Made by a program: the position numbers and the translations under genes. From Ferroglobus placidus DSM 10642 (GTDB lineage: Archaea; Halobacteriota; Archaeoglobi; Archaeoglobales; Archaeoglobaceae), in assembly GCF_000025505.1 (NCBI RefSeq), contig NC_013849.1, positions 630,001 through 662,000 on the forward strand: a stretch of 32,000 nucleotides of DNA, written 5' to 3'. The notes beneath the pieces were generated by a model. The model ran no database searches. It was not told the DNA's origin and saw only the letters and a program-made list of their open reading frames with translations. Below, one piece after another: positions 6,969 to 15,302 of the stretch (within the stretch, counting starts at the first letter, position 1; each line of letters begins with the position of its first letter).

Positions 6969-8546
6969 ATGGCGGAAAGAAAGAGAGTTGAAGTTCCGGA
7001 GGGTGTTAAGAAGAAGGAAGTTTCAGGCGTGCCAGAATCTTTCCCCTTCGAGATTTCTCCAATGTTTGAAGGAGAGAGAGTTAGGAAAGGAGACATGTAC
7101 GTAGAACTCGGCGGACCTTCTCAGCCGGGATTCGAGCTCGTCATAGCTTTGCCAAAGGATCAAGTGGAGGACATGAAGGTAACGCTGATAGGTCCGGACT
7201 TGGATGAGATGGAGGAAGGAAAAGCGTATCCTTATGCCATGATTTACTACGTTGCGGGAGATCAGGTCGACAACGACCTTGAGCCTGTTATTGAAAGAAG
7301 AAACCACGACTTCCAGAACTACATCGAAGGTTACATGCACCTCAACCAGAGGTACGATATCTGGATCAGAATAAGCAAGGGAGCGATAAAGAAGGGACTG
7401 AAAAGTCTGACCGAGATAGCTCTTGCTACGATGTTCCTCTTCAAGAACGAACTACCGTTTATTGAGAAAATCGAGGCTGTTTACATCACAGACAAAGAAC
7501 TGGTAGAGAAGCTCCTCAACGAGATGGCTATGCCGATTTACGAGGAGAGAGATGCGAGAGTCGAGCAGCTCCACGATGAGGACGTGGATGAGTTCTACTC
7601 ATGCACCCTCTGCCAGAGTTTCGCTCCGACTAACGTTTGTATAGTCAGCCCGGACAGACCTTCCCTGTGCGGAGCTATAACGTGGTTCGACGGAAGAGCT
7701 GCGGCGAGAGTCGATCCGGAAGGACCGAACAGAGCCGTGCCTAAGGGGGAGTGCATCGATCCGATTGGTGGAGAGTACACTGGAGTAAACGAATTCGCTA
7801 AAGAGGAGAGCGGAGGAGAGTACGACAGAATCAAGCTGCACAGCTTCTTCGAGTATCCGCACACAAGCTGTGGATGCTTCGAAGTTATCGGTTTCTACAT
7901 GCCGGAAGTCGACGGAATTGGCTGGGTGCACAGAGGTTATCCGGATCCGGCTCCCAACGGTTTGACTTTCTCTACGATGGCTGGGCAAACCGGAGGAGGA
8001 AAGCAGGTCGTTGGTTTCCTCGGAATTGGAATCGCTTACTTCAGAAGCAAGAAGTTCATTCAGGCAGACGGCGGGTGGTATAGAACTGTCTGGATGCCCA
8101 AGGAGTTGAAGGAGAGAGTCTTAAAGTACATCCCGGAGGACATGAGGGACAAAATAGCTACTGAAGAGGATGCGAAGACGATAGAGGAGCTCAAGGAGTT
8201 CTTAAAGAGGGTAAACCACCCCGTCGTTACTGGAGTCGTTAGACCCGTGGATGGTAAAAAGATCACCGAGGGATGGAAGGAAGAAGAGGAAGTCGAAGAG
8301 GTCGTGGAAGAGAAGGCAGAAGAAGCACCAGCTGAAGCAGCTGCAGCTCAACCAGCTCAGCCGCAGCAAGTTATGATGCCCATGCAGCCAATGCAGATGC
8401 CGGCTGTGCCACAAATTCAGATGCCACAGATTCAGCTTCCCGCTGCTGGACAGCAGCCCGGAATTAAGCTGATAATCAAGGATGCGAAGATAATCATCGA
8501 CAAAGTGATAATCAGGGGTAAGGAAGAGAAGAAGGGTGGGAAGTGA
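6969..8546 (+). CDS. cdhC: acetyl-CoA decarbonylase/synthase complex subunit beta (A-cluster acetyl-CoA synthase)
   Basis: It has the A-cluster region FYSCTLCQSFAPTNVCIVSPDRPSLCGAITWFDGRAA and HTSCGCFE. A C-terminal acidic and P/Q/M-rich tail runs from about 8280. Confidence 0.95.
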   Translation: MAERKRVEVPEGVKKKEVSGVPESFPFEISPMFEGERVRKGDMYVELGGPSQPGFELVIALPKDQVEDMKVTLIGPDLDEMEEGKAYPYAMIYYVAGDQVDNDLEPVIERRNHDFQNYIEGYMHLNQRYDIWIRISKGAIKKGLKSLTEIALATMFLFKNELPFIEKIEAVYITDKELVEKLLNEMAMPIYEERDARVEQLHDEDVDEFYSCTLCQSFAPTNVCIVSPDRPSLCGAITWFDGRAAARVDPEGPNRAVPKGECIDPIGGEYTGVNEFAKEESGGEYDRIKLHSFFEYPHTSCGCFEVIGFYMPEVDGIGWVHRGYPDPAPNGLTFSTMAGQTGGGKQVVGFLGIGIAYFRSKKFIQADGGWYRTVWMPKELKERVLKYIPEDMRDKIATEEDAKTIEELKEFLKRVNHPVVTGVVRPVDGKKITEGWKEEEEVEEVVEEKAEEAPAEAAAAQPAQPQQVMMPMQPMQMPAVPQIQMPQIQLPAAGQQPGIKLIIKDAKIIIDKVIIRGKEEKKGGK

Positions 8547-8635
8547 TGGAAGAGAAAAAAGAGGAGAGAAAATTCATTAAAATTACTTTAAAAGGAGCTG
8601 AAATAAAGGTCAGCGAGGTCATCGTAGAGGAGTAA
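8546..8635 (+). CDS. unannotated 29-codon ORF between cdhC and cooC (MEEKKEERKFIKITLKGAEIKVSEVIVEE)
   Basis: Its ATG at 8546 overlaps the cdhC TGA (TGATG), and GGTGGG lies just upstream. It ends at TAA 8633-8635, 4 nt before the cooC ATG. Its core resembles the last motif of CdhC (see findings). It is below the length cutoff of the ORF track and could be a chance ORF. Confidence 0.35.
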   Translation: MEEKKEERKFIKITLKGAEIKVSEVIVEE

Positions 8636-8639
8636 CGCT

Positions 8640-9413
8640 ATGATAATAGCGGTAACCGGAAAAGGAGGAACCGGGAAGACGATATTAGCTGCTCTCCTCA
8701 CTCATTTTATTTCGAAAAAATCGAACAGAGTTTTAGCAGTTGACGCAGATCCCGACAGCAACCTTCCGGACGCGTTAGGCGTGGCTGAGCTCGTAACGAA
8801 AACACTTGGGGAGATCAGAGAAGTTTTTCAGGAAAGCAGGGACGAAATGGGTAGCATGAATAAGGAGCAGTGGCTTGAGGGGAAGATATACAGCGAAGCG
8901 ATATGCGAATGCGACAACTTCGATCTGCTCGTGATGGGTCGTCCTGAGGGAGAGGGTTGCTATTGCTTCGCTAACAATCTTCTTAGAGGCGTGCTGAGGA
9001 AGCTGATGAGGCATTACGATTACATAATTATCGACAGCGAAGCCGGACTCGAGCATTTCAGCAGAAAAACGATTGAAGGAGCTGATTACATCATAGTCGT
9101 AACGGACATGTCCAAGAAGGGCTTGGCTACTGCTAAAAGAATTAAAGAGTTAAGCGAGGAGCTTGAGCTGAACTTCAAGGAAATATATCTCGTCGGAAAC
9201 AGAATTACTAACAAGGAGGCTGAGGAAACAATAAAGAAGTTCGCGGAGGAGAACGGATTGAAACTCCTTGAAATTTTGCCCTACGATGAGAAAATTGCCG
9301 AACTCGATTTGAAGGGATTGCCCGTTACGTTGCTTCCCGAAGATTCCGAATACATGAAGAAGGTTAAAAAAATTGCCGATCATTTTATCGAGTTGAGCGT
9401 GAAGGTGAGGTGA
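8640..9413 (+). CDS. cooC: CooC/AcsF-type nickel-insertion ATPase (MinD/ParA fold)
   Basis: It has the P-loop GKGGTGKT at the N-terminus and the CooC metal motif EGCYCFAN. Its position between cdhC and cdhD matches Methanosarcina cdh operons. Confidence 0.9.
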   Translation: MIIAVTGKGGTGKTILAALLTHFISKKSNRVLAVDADPDSNLPDALGVAELVTKTLGEIREVFQESRDEMGSMNKEQWLEGKIYSEAICECDNFDLLVMGRPEGEGCYCFANNLLRGVLRKLMRHYDYIIIDSEAGLEHFSRKTIEGADYIIVVTDMSKKGLATAKRIKELSEELELNFKEIYLVGNRITNKEAEETIKKFAEENGLKLLEILPYDEKIAELDLKGLPVTLLPEDSEYMKKVKKIADHFIELSVKVR

Positions 9414-9419
9414 ACCTGA

Positions 9420-10787
9420 ATGGCGGAAAAATTCACTCTTGAGGAATTTTTTAACCTTCTCAAGAAGTATAACGTCGAGGAGCTGGAAGGTGTAAGGATT
9501 GAGGGAGATTTGGAGATAGAGATCGAGCCCGGTGCGGCTGTGGATCCCAACACCATAAATGCGCTCTTAGCTTTGACTCAGTACGTAAATCTGATTCAGG
9601 AATTCGGAAAATTCTTGTACCATGCGAACATGGCTTTAACTTACCTCCAGAGATTATCCCAAGCTTTCGGAATTCAGCTGCCGGTAGCTGCTCCACAGCC
9701 TCAGGTTCCTGAGGTAAAGCCAACTGTAGAAGTTCCGAAGATAAAGATTCCGGAGAAGCTGAAAGAGGCGAAGTTCGAACCTTACAAAGTTGAGTATCCG
9801 GGGAAGATAGAGGAAGTCACTCTCGGAGCTACAAGGGCTGAAGGAGGAACAAGAGAAGTAACTATTACAGTTGGAGGGGAGAGAAGCTTAGCATTTTATA
9901 CTTTCGACGCCGAAATGCCTCATCTGCCGGTAATAGCTATAGACGTTTTTGACAGAAGACCTATGCTTGCCAAAGCAGTTAGGGAGCATTACGAAGACGT
10001 TCTCGACGATCCGGCCGAGTGGGCGAGAAAAGCGGTGAGGGAGTTTGGAGCTGATCTTGTTACCCTTCACTTGATAAGCACCGACCCTCTCTTGGACGAC
10101 AGACCGGCAAGTGAAGCTGCTAAGACTGTTGAGGAAGTTCTTCAAGCTGTAAAGGTTCCGCTGATAATAGGTGGGAGTGGAAACAAGGAGAAAGATCCGG
10201 AGGTTCTTGAAAAAGCCGCAGAAGTGGCTGAGGGAGAGAGAGTTATGCTCGCTTCAGCCACTCTGGACATGGACTGGGAGAGAATCGGAAATGCCGCCAA
10301 GAAGTACGGGCATGTCGTGTTGAGCTGGACACAGATGGACATAAACAACCAGAAGACGCTGAACAGATACCTTCTGAAGAGAGTCGGATTGCCGAGGGAC
10401 AGTCTGATAATGGACCCAACGACGGCAGCCCTCGGATACGGTTTGGACTACGCTTTCACCAACATGGAGAGAATAAGAATAAGCGGTTTGAGAGGGGATC
10501 AGGACTTGAACTTCCCGATATCGAGCGGAACAACCAACGCATGGGGAGCGAGAGAAGCTTGGATGAAGGATTCACCGATCGAAGAAGACACGCCTTGGGG
10601 ACCGAGAGAGTTGAGAGGACCGATCTGGGAAATAGTCACCGGATTAACTCTCGCTTTAGCCGGAGTTGACATATTCATGATGATGCATCCGGGAGCTGTG
10701 GCAGTCCTCAAGGAGATAATAAACACTCTCGCAGGAAAAATTGCCGAAAAAGCGGATGAAAATGCTTGGTTAACGATGGAGGGGTGA
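9420..10787 (+). CDS. cdhD: acetyl-CoA decarbonylase/synthase complex subunit delta (corrinoid protein small subunit)
   Basis: 455 aa. Operon position and TIM-barrel-type sequence fit (VTLHLISTDP...PLIIGGSGN...). It has the archaeal N-terminal extension with a P/V-rich linker. Confidence 0.9.
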   Translation: MAEKFTLEEFFNLLKKYNVEELEGVRIEGDLEIEIEPGAAVDPNTINALLALTQYVNLIQEFGKFLYHANMALTYLQRLSQAFGIQLPVAAPQPQVPEVKPTVEVPKIKIPEKLKEAKFEPYKVEYPGKIEEVTLGATRAEGGTREVTITVGGERSLAFYTFDAEMPHLPVIAIDVFDRRPMLAKAVREHYEDVLDDPAEWARKAVREFGADLVTLHLISTDPLLDDRPASEAAKTVEEVLQAVKVPLIIGGSGNKEKDPEVLEKAAEVAEGERVMLASATLDMDWERIGNAAKKYGHVVLSWTQMDINNQKTLNRYLLKRVGLPRDSLIMDPTTAALGYGLDYAFTNMERIRISGLRGDQDLNFPISSGTTNAWGAREAWMKDSPIEEDTPWGPRELRGPIWEIVTGLTLALAGVDIFMMMHPGAVAVLKEIINTLAGKIAEKADENAWLTMEG

Positions 10788-10790
10788 AGG

Positions 10791-12206
10791 ATGAAGGTAA
10801 AAAGCCCTCTCGAAATTTACCGCTATCTTCCTCAAACGAACTGCGGCGAGTGCGGTTATGACACCTGCATGAGCTTTGCTGCTCAGATAATAGAGAGAAC
10901 AGTGAAGCCAACTGATTGCCCGCCTCTCGTTAAAGAAGCCGAAAAGAACCCGAAGGTTAAGAAAAAGCTTGAGGAGTTAATAGAGATTACGTCTCCGGAA
11001 GTTAAGGAAGTTATCATCGGGAAAGGAGACAAAGCCGTAAAAATAGGAGGAGAAGACGTACTCCACAGGCACGAGCTTACTTTCTTCAATCCAACAGCTC
11101 TCTTCTACGATGTCTGGGACACCCTCGATGATAAGGAGATAGACGAGAGGTGCAGCAAGGTCGTAGAGTACAGAAAGTTCTACGTCGGTGAATTCCTCAC
11201 GCTGGACGGAATAGCGGTGAGGTGCACCTCTAACGATCCTAAGAGGTTCAGGGAGGTCGTGAAGAGAGTTGCCGGCTACGGAAAACCGATGATTCTTGTA
11301 TCTTTGAATCCGGAGTGCATGAGAGCAGCTTTAGAAGAGGTGGCTGAGGAAAGACCGCTAATCTATGCTGCTACTGAAGACAACTGGAGGGAATTCTTGG
11401 AACTTGCTCTTGAGTTTAAAGTTCCCGTTGTCGTTAGAAGTAAGGACTTAAACAAGCTTAAGAGCTTAGCCGTCACGTTTAAGGAGGCTGGAGTTGAAGA
11501 TATAGTCCTCGATCCGGTAACTGAGCCCGTTGGAGAGGGATTGAAGGGGACCTTCGAGAGAGTTATTCAGCTAAGAAGAACGGCAATACTTGGCGAAGAC
11601 AAGGACGTTGCTTATCCAATTATGATTACTCCAATAGCCGCTTGGGCTTTGGAGGCTGACGAAGTCTCTAAAGCTTACTGGGAAACGGTAATAGCGAGCA
11701 TATTTATAGTTAAGTACGGAGACGTCATGATCCTCCACTGCCTTGAGCCTTACGCAATAATGCCGATCGTAACGCTAAGGTACAACATCTACACAGATCC
11801 GAGAACGCCTGTACAAGTTGAGCCTGGATTGAGAGAGATAAACAATCCTTCTCCGGACGATCCCGTTTTCATAACTACCAACTTCGCTTTAACTTACTAC
11901 ACTGTAGAGAGCGACCTCACCAGCGGAAACATCAAAGGATGGCTGCTCGTTCTCGACACCGAAGGACTTGGAGTTGAGGTCAGCGTTGCCGGAGGGCAGT
12001 TTACGGCTGCTAAGGTCAAGGATCTAATTAAAGAGACGAAAATCGAAGAGAAGGTTAACCATCGCTATTTGATAATTCCCGGACTTGCAGCAAGGCTTCA
12101 GGGTGCTATAGAAGACGAAACGGGCTGGAAAGTTTTAGTGGGTCCGATGGATTCTGGAAGAATAAAAGGCTGGCTCGAACAACACTGGCCACCTAAAGAA
12201 AAATAA
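10791..12206 (+). CDS. cdhE: acetyl-CoA decarbonylase/synthase complex subunit gamma (corrinoid Fe-S protein large subunit)
   Basis: 471 aa. It has the N-terminal Fe-S motif NCGECGYDTCMSFAAQI...DCPP, and it is the last gene of the operon. Confidence 0.92.
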   Translation: MKVKSPLEIYRYLPQTNCGECGYDTCMSFAAQIIERTVKPTDCPPLVKEAEKNPKVKKKLEELIEITSPEVKEVIIGKGDKAVKIGGEDVLHRHELTFFNPTALFYDVWDTLDDKEIDERCSKVVEYRKFYVGEFLTLDGIAVRCTSNDPKRFREVVKRVAGYGKPMILVSLNPECMRAALEEVAEERPLIYAATEDNWREFLELALEFKVPVVVRSKDLNKLKSLAVTFKEAGVEDIVLDPVTEPVGEGLKGTFERVIQLRRTAILGEDKDVAYPIMITPIAAWALEADEVSKAYWETVIASIFIVKYGDVMILHCLEPYAIMPIVTLRYNIYTDPRTPVQVEPGLREINNPSPDDPVFITTNFALTYYTVESDLTSGNIKGWLLVLDTEGLGVEVSVAGGQFTAAKVKDLIKETKIEEKVNHRYLIIPGLAARLQGAIEDETGWKVLVGPMDSGRIKGWLEQHWPPKEK

Positions 12207-12216
12207 ACCCCTTCCA

Positions 12217-12222
12217 TTTTTT
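12217..12222 (+). terminator. oligo-T tract after cdhE (weak candidate archaeal terminator)
   Basis: A T6 run lies in the 23-nt cdhE-thrC spacer. It is only 8 nt before the thrC ATG, so read-through is equally possible. Confidence 0.2.
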
Positions 12223-12229
12223 CTCTTAC

Positions 12230-13396
12230 ATGTATTTGCTGAGATGCATAGAGTGCGGGAGCGAATTTGATTCCGATTTTATCTATCAGTGTAGCAAGTG
12301 CAACGGATTGCTTGACGTCGTTTACGATTATTCGGAAATTAAGCTGAATTTTGATGGAAATAATTTGAGCGTTTGGAAGTACAAGGATGCTTTGCCGGTT
12401 AAAATAAAACCGGTTTCCCTTAGGGAAGGGGGGACACCTCTCTACAAAATAGAGAAAATAGAGAGCGGTGTTAAGAACCTCTTCGTCAAACACGAAGGCT
12501 TGAACCCTTCTGGGTCTTTTAAGGATAGAGGGATGACTGTAGGAGTTACCAAAGCTGTTGAACTGAAAATGAGAACAGTTATCTGCGCCTCTACTGGCAA
12601 CACTTCGGCTTCCATGGCTATGTATGCTGCTAAAGCCGGTTTGAGAGCTGTGGTAATACTTCCTTCCGGAAAAGTTGCTCTGGGAAAGCTTGCTCAGGCT
12701 TTAATGCACGGGGCTAAGGTTATAGCTGTAAAAGACAACTTCGACAAAGCTTTGGAGATAGTGAAAAGCTTGGCTATGAGAAAATCACTCTACCTTCTGA
12801 ACTCCATAAATCCCTTCAGGCTTGAGGGGCAAAAAACCATAGCTTACGAAATTTACGATGAGCTCGGTTTCGTTCCTGACGCTATTTTCGTTCCGGTGGG
12901 AAATGCCGGGAACATTTCCGCTATCTACAAAGGTTTTAAGGAGCTTGTAGAGATGGGATATACTGATGAGGTGCCGAGAATGATAGGAGTTCAGGCTAAG
13001 GGAGCTAATCCTATTTACAAAGCTTTTGTGAAAGGAAGCAGGGAAATTGAGCCGGTTAAAAATCCGGAAACAATCGCTACGGCTATAAGAATTGGAGCTC
13101 CAGTTAACGCGAAAAAGGCTTTGAGAGCCATTTACGAATCGAAAGGAGCTGTGATTGAGGTTGGCGACGAGGAAATCGTCGAAGCTCAGAAAATGCTCGC
13201 AGCTAAGGAAGGAATAGGAGTTGAGCCAGCAAGTGCTGCAAGCTTGGCTGGAGCGTTAAAGTTCGAAGAGGAGCTTGAGAGTGCCGTCTGCATAGCAACT
13301 GGCAATTTACTTAAAGACCCAGACGAGGTAATCAGGGTTTGCGGTAAGCCGATTGAAGTGGAAGCAGATGTTGACGTTATAGAAAAGCTTCTTTAA
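12230..13396 (+). CDS. thrC: threonine synthase
   Basis: It has an N-terminal Zn-ribbon (CIECG...CSKCNG), the PLP lysine motif SGSFKDRG, and a GNAGN loop. Confidence 0.9.
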   Translation: MYLLRCIECGSEFDSDFIYQCSKCNGLLDVVYDYSEIKLNFDGNNLSVWKYKDALPVKIKPVSLREGGTPLYKIEKIESGVKNLFVKHEGLNPSGSFKDRGMTVGVTKAVELKMRTVICASTGNTSASMAMYAAKAGLRAVVILPSGKVALGKLAQALMHGAKVIAVKDNFDKALEIVKSLAMRKSLYLLNSINPFRLEGQKTIAYEIYDELGFVPDAIFVPVGNAGNISAIYKGFKELVEMGYTDEVPRMIGVQAKGANPIYKAFVKGSREIEPVKNPETIATAIRIGAPVNAKKALRAIYESKGAVIEVGDEEIVEAQKMLAAKEGIGVEPASAASLAGALKFEEELESAVCIATGNLLKDPDEVIRVCGKPIEVEADVDVIEKLL

Positions 13397-13928
13397 ACAC
13401 CTTTTCGAACTTTTTCATTCTTTCGCGACTTTTCAAGAGTTTCTTAACGGCATACTCGTAATTTACTTTCAGAAACTCCTCATCTGCTATCTTACCTTTT
13501 ACGCTAACAACAGCTTCCAACCTTTCCGGAGAGGCAATTTCGACGACCAGCTTTTTGAAAGATATTACTCCGCTCCTCCTAAATCCGGCTTTTTTTGCAA
13601 CGCTCAAAAGCTTCTCAGCAACTTTCAAATCCCTACAGGCTACGTGGACTATCGGCGGGTGCATCATGAGCCACGTTGTTTCCCTTCCTCTTCTCACGGC
13701 ATCAAGCACCTCGTCAAAATCTGGAGGAGAATGCCATTTTCCGAGGAAAACGCTTTCAAGCTTCTCCCCAAAACTCGGCATGTCCATCACGACTATTCTT
13801 CCTGCGCAGCTTGAAAGAGTGACGAAAATTTCGACGGAATTTATCGTCTCCAGCAACTCTCTGATCTCTTCGTCTACATCAGCTCTTTTGAACTCTGAAA
13901 GCTTTTCTTCTCTGAACTTCTCCCACAT
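13377..13928 (-). CDS. taw3: tRNA wyosine-derivative methyltransferase Taw3/TYW3 family
   Basis: 183 aa with the TLSSCAGRI motif and overall TYW3/DUF207-like pattern. It overlaps the thrC 3' end by 20 nt (convergent). Confidence 0.75.
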   Translation of the reverse strand: MWEKFREEKLSEFKRADVDEEIRELLETINSVEIFVTLSSCAGRIVVMDMPSFGEKLESVFLGKWHSPPDFDEVLDAVRRGRETTWLMMHPPIVHVACRDLKVAEKLLSVAKKAGFRRSGVISFKKLVVEIASPERLEAVVSVKGKIADEEFLKVNYEYAVKKLLKSRERMKKFEKVFKEAFL

Positions 13929-13942
13929 GGAAAAGTAGAAGG

Positions 13943-14221
13943 TTAGAAAATTTCAGCTTTTTGGAGAACGTAAAGTGAAAGAACTCCGACAAACATCGCT
14001 AAAAGTAGGTTTCTGTTTTTTAAAGAGACCAGTAGAACTATCAAAGCGGCTAACGTTTTTTCGTCGAAATTCGTCACGTCAGGAAAGACCAACGCTGCGA
14101 ATATCGACGGAGGAATGTACTTTATGTACCTGTTCTCGATTTTAAATTCTTTGAGCATCGGCAAAGCCCTTGAGAAGTACGTTACTGCGAACATTCCGAA
14201 GATTACGATCGGCTCATCCAT
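13943..14221 (-). CDS. azlD: AzlD-family branched-chain amino acid transport protein
   Basis: Small hydrophobic protein directly downstream of azlC. ATG 14221 (MDEPIVIFGMFAVTYFSRALP...) is preferred over the track start 14278, which would run 76 nt into azlC. Confidence 0.7.
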   Translation of the reverse strand: MDEPIVIFGMFAVTYFSRALPMLKEFKIENRYIKYIPPSIFAALVFPDVTNFDEKTLAALIVLLVSLKNRNLLLAMFVGVLSLYVLQKAEIF

Positions 14222-14853
14222 TTCTCCGCTACACCTCCGGCGAAACAGCCTACGAGTGAAGCTACTACGATGTTCCATCCGCTCGGAAGAACTACTGCAA
14301 AGATTCCGGCTGTCAAAGCTGCGATTAGGTCGCTCTTCTCTTTTACGCTCGAAACGAGAATGGATATGAAGAGGGCTGTTAAACCGAAGGGTAAAACTCT
14401 GCTAACGTCTTCTGGCAAAATTGCTCCGAAGAAAATTCCCAACGCAGTTCCGGAAACCCAAGCCGAGTAGCTGAAGAAGTTTAGCTGTAAGTTGTAAGAA
14501 GGGTTGGCTTTCCCCTCCTGAAACCTCTTGGAAGCTACGGCAAACGTTTCATCGGTAATTCCAAAAGAAACTACAGCTTTGATTCTCTTGCTAACTCCTA
14601 TGTAGAATCTCGATAGGTAGCTGCTCATGAGGAGGTGTCTCGAATTAACGAGAAAAGTTGTTAGGACAATTAGCGCTGAAGGACTCTTGTTTGCTATCAT
14701 CTGTAAAGCGATGAACTGAGCAGCTCCAGCGAAAACCAATGCTGACATTAGAACTGCGTTGAAGCCCAAGTATTCTTTGGCTATCATCCCAAATGCGGTA
14801 GAGATTGAGAAGTAGCTGACAACTATCGGAAGCGAATCTTTGAGACTACGCAT
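14203..14853 (-). CDS. azlC: AzlC-family branched-chain amino acid permease component
   Basis: 216-aa polytopic membrane protein. It has the AzlC-like segment FGMIAKEYLGFNAVLMSALVFAGAAQF and is paired with azlD. Confidence 0.8.
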   Translation of the reverse strand: MRSLKDSLPIVVSYFSISTAFGMIAKEYLGFNAVLMSALVFAGAAQFIALQMIANKSPSALIVLTTFLVNSRHLLMSSYLSRFYIGVSKRIKAVVSFGITDETFAVASKRFQEGKANPSYNLQLNFFSYSAWVSGTALGIFFGAILPEDVSRVLPFGLTALFISILVSSVKEKSDLIAALTAGIFAVVLPSGWNIVVASLVGCFAGGVAEKWMSRS

Positions 14854-14903
14854 AGGCAGAAGTAAGAGGTTCGATATTAAAAACCTCAGGAAAAGTTATT
14901 ATT

Positions 14904-15302
14904 TTGAAAGCAGAATTTGACTTTGTGAGGGAAGAGGTGGAGATTTTTCTCAGTAGGGCGAAAAAGTTTGAAGAATTGGCGAGCGTTGCCTTTGAAAAGA
15001 GGATGTACGACATCGCAGCTTTTCACATTGAGCAATCTCTGCAGTTGTATTTAAAATACATTTTCGCCAAGGAAGTTGGGTATTTCCCGAAAACTCACAG
15101 CTTAAAAAAACTTTTTGAGCAAGCATCAAGTATCGATGAAAAATTTAGAGATTTTTATTATAAAAATGAGATAATTTTAAAAGATATAGAAGACTCGTAC
15201 GTACTTGCGAGATATCTTCCGAGGGAGTACTCGGAAAGCGAGGTCGGTAAGATGTTTGAAATTCTGAGAAAATTTAAGGAGGAGTTTAAGGAATGGATAT
15301 AG
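14904..15302 (+). CDS. HEPN-domain protein (PF05168-like, partner of the adjacent nucleotidyltransferase)
   Basis: 132-aa all-helical protein with KTHSLKKL and LARYLPREY signatures typical of the HEPN family that pairs with minimal nucleotidyltransferases. It has a TTG start. Its stop overlaps the next ORF by 10 nt. Confidence 0.7.
   Translation: MKAEFDFVREEVEIFLSRAKKFEELASVAFEKRMYDIAAFHIEQSLQLYLKYIFAKEVGYFPKTHSLKKLFEQASSIDEKFRDFYYKNEIILKDIEDSYVLARYLPREYSESEVGKMFEILRKFKEEFKEWI

Noticed and set aside
8338-8460. Short DNA repeats (cagatgcc, attcagatgcc, cagcc...) that looked like a tandem or CRISPR-like repeat
   Set aside because: They lie in frame within cdhC and simply encode the P/Q/M-rich low-complexity linker. 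There is no regular repeat-spacer periodicity.
12098-12493. 131-aa minus-strand ORF spanning the cdhE end and thrC start
   Set aside because: It overlaps two well supported plus-strand genes and has no recognisable features.
14222-14278. Longer azlD start at 14278
   Set aside because: It would add a basic, non-hydrophobic 19-aa leader running deep into azlC. ATG 14221 gives a normal AzlD-sized hydrophobic protein.
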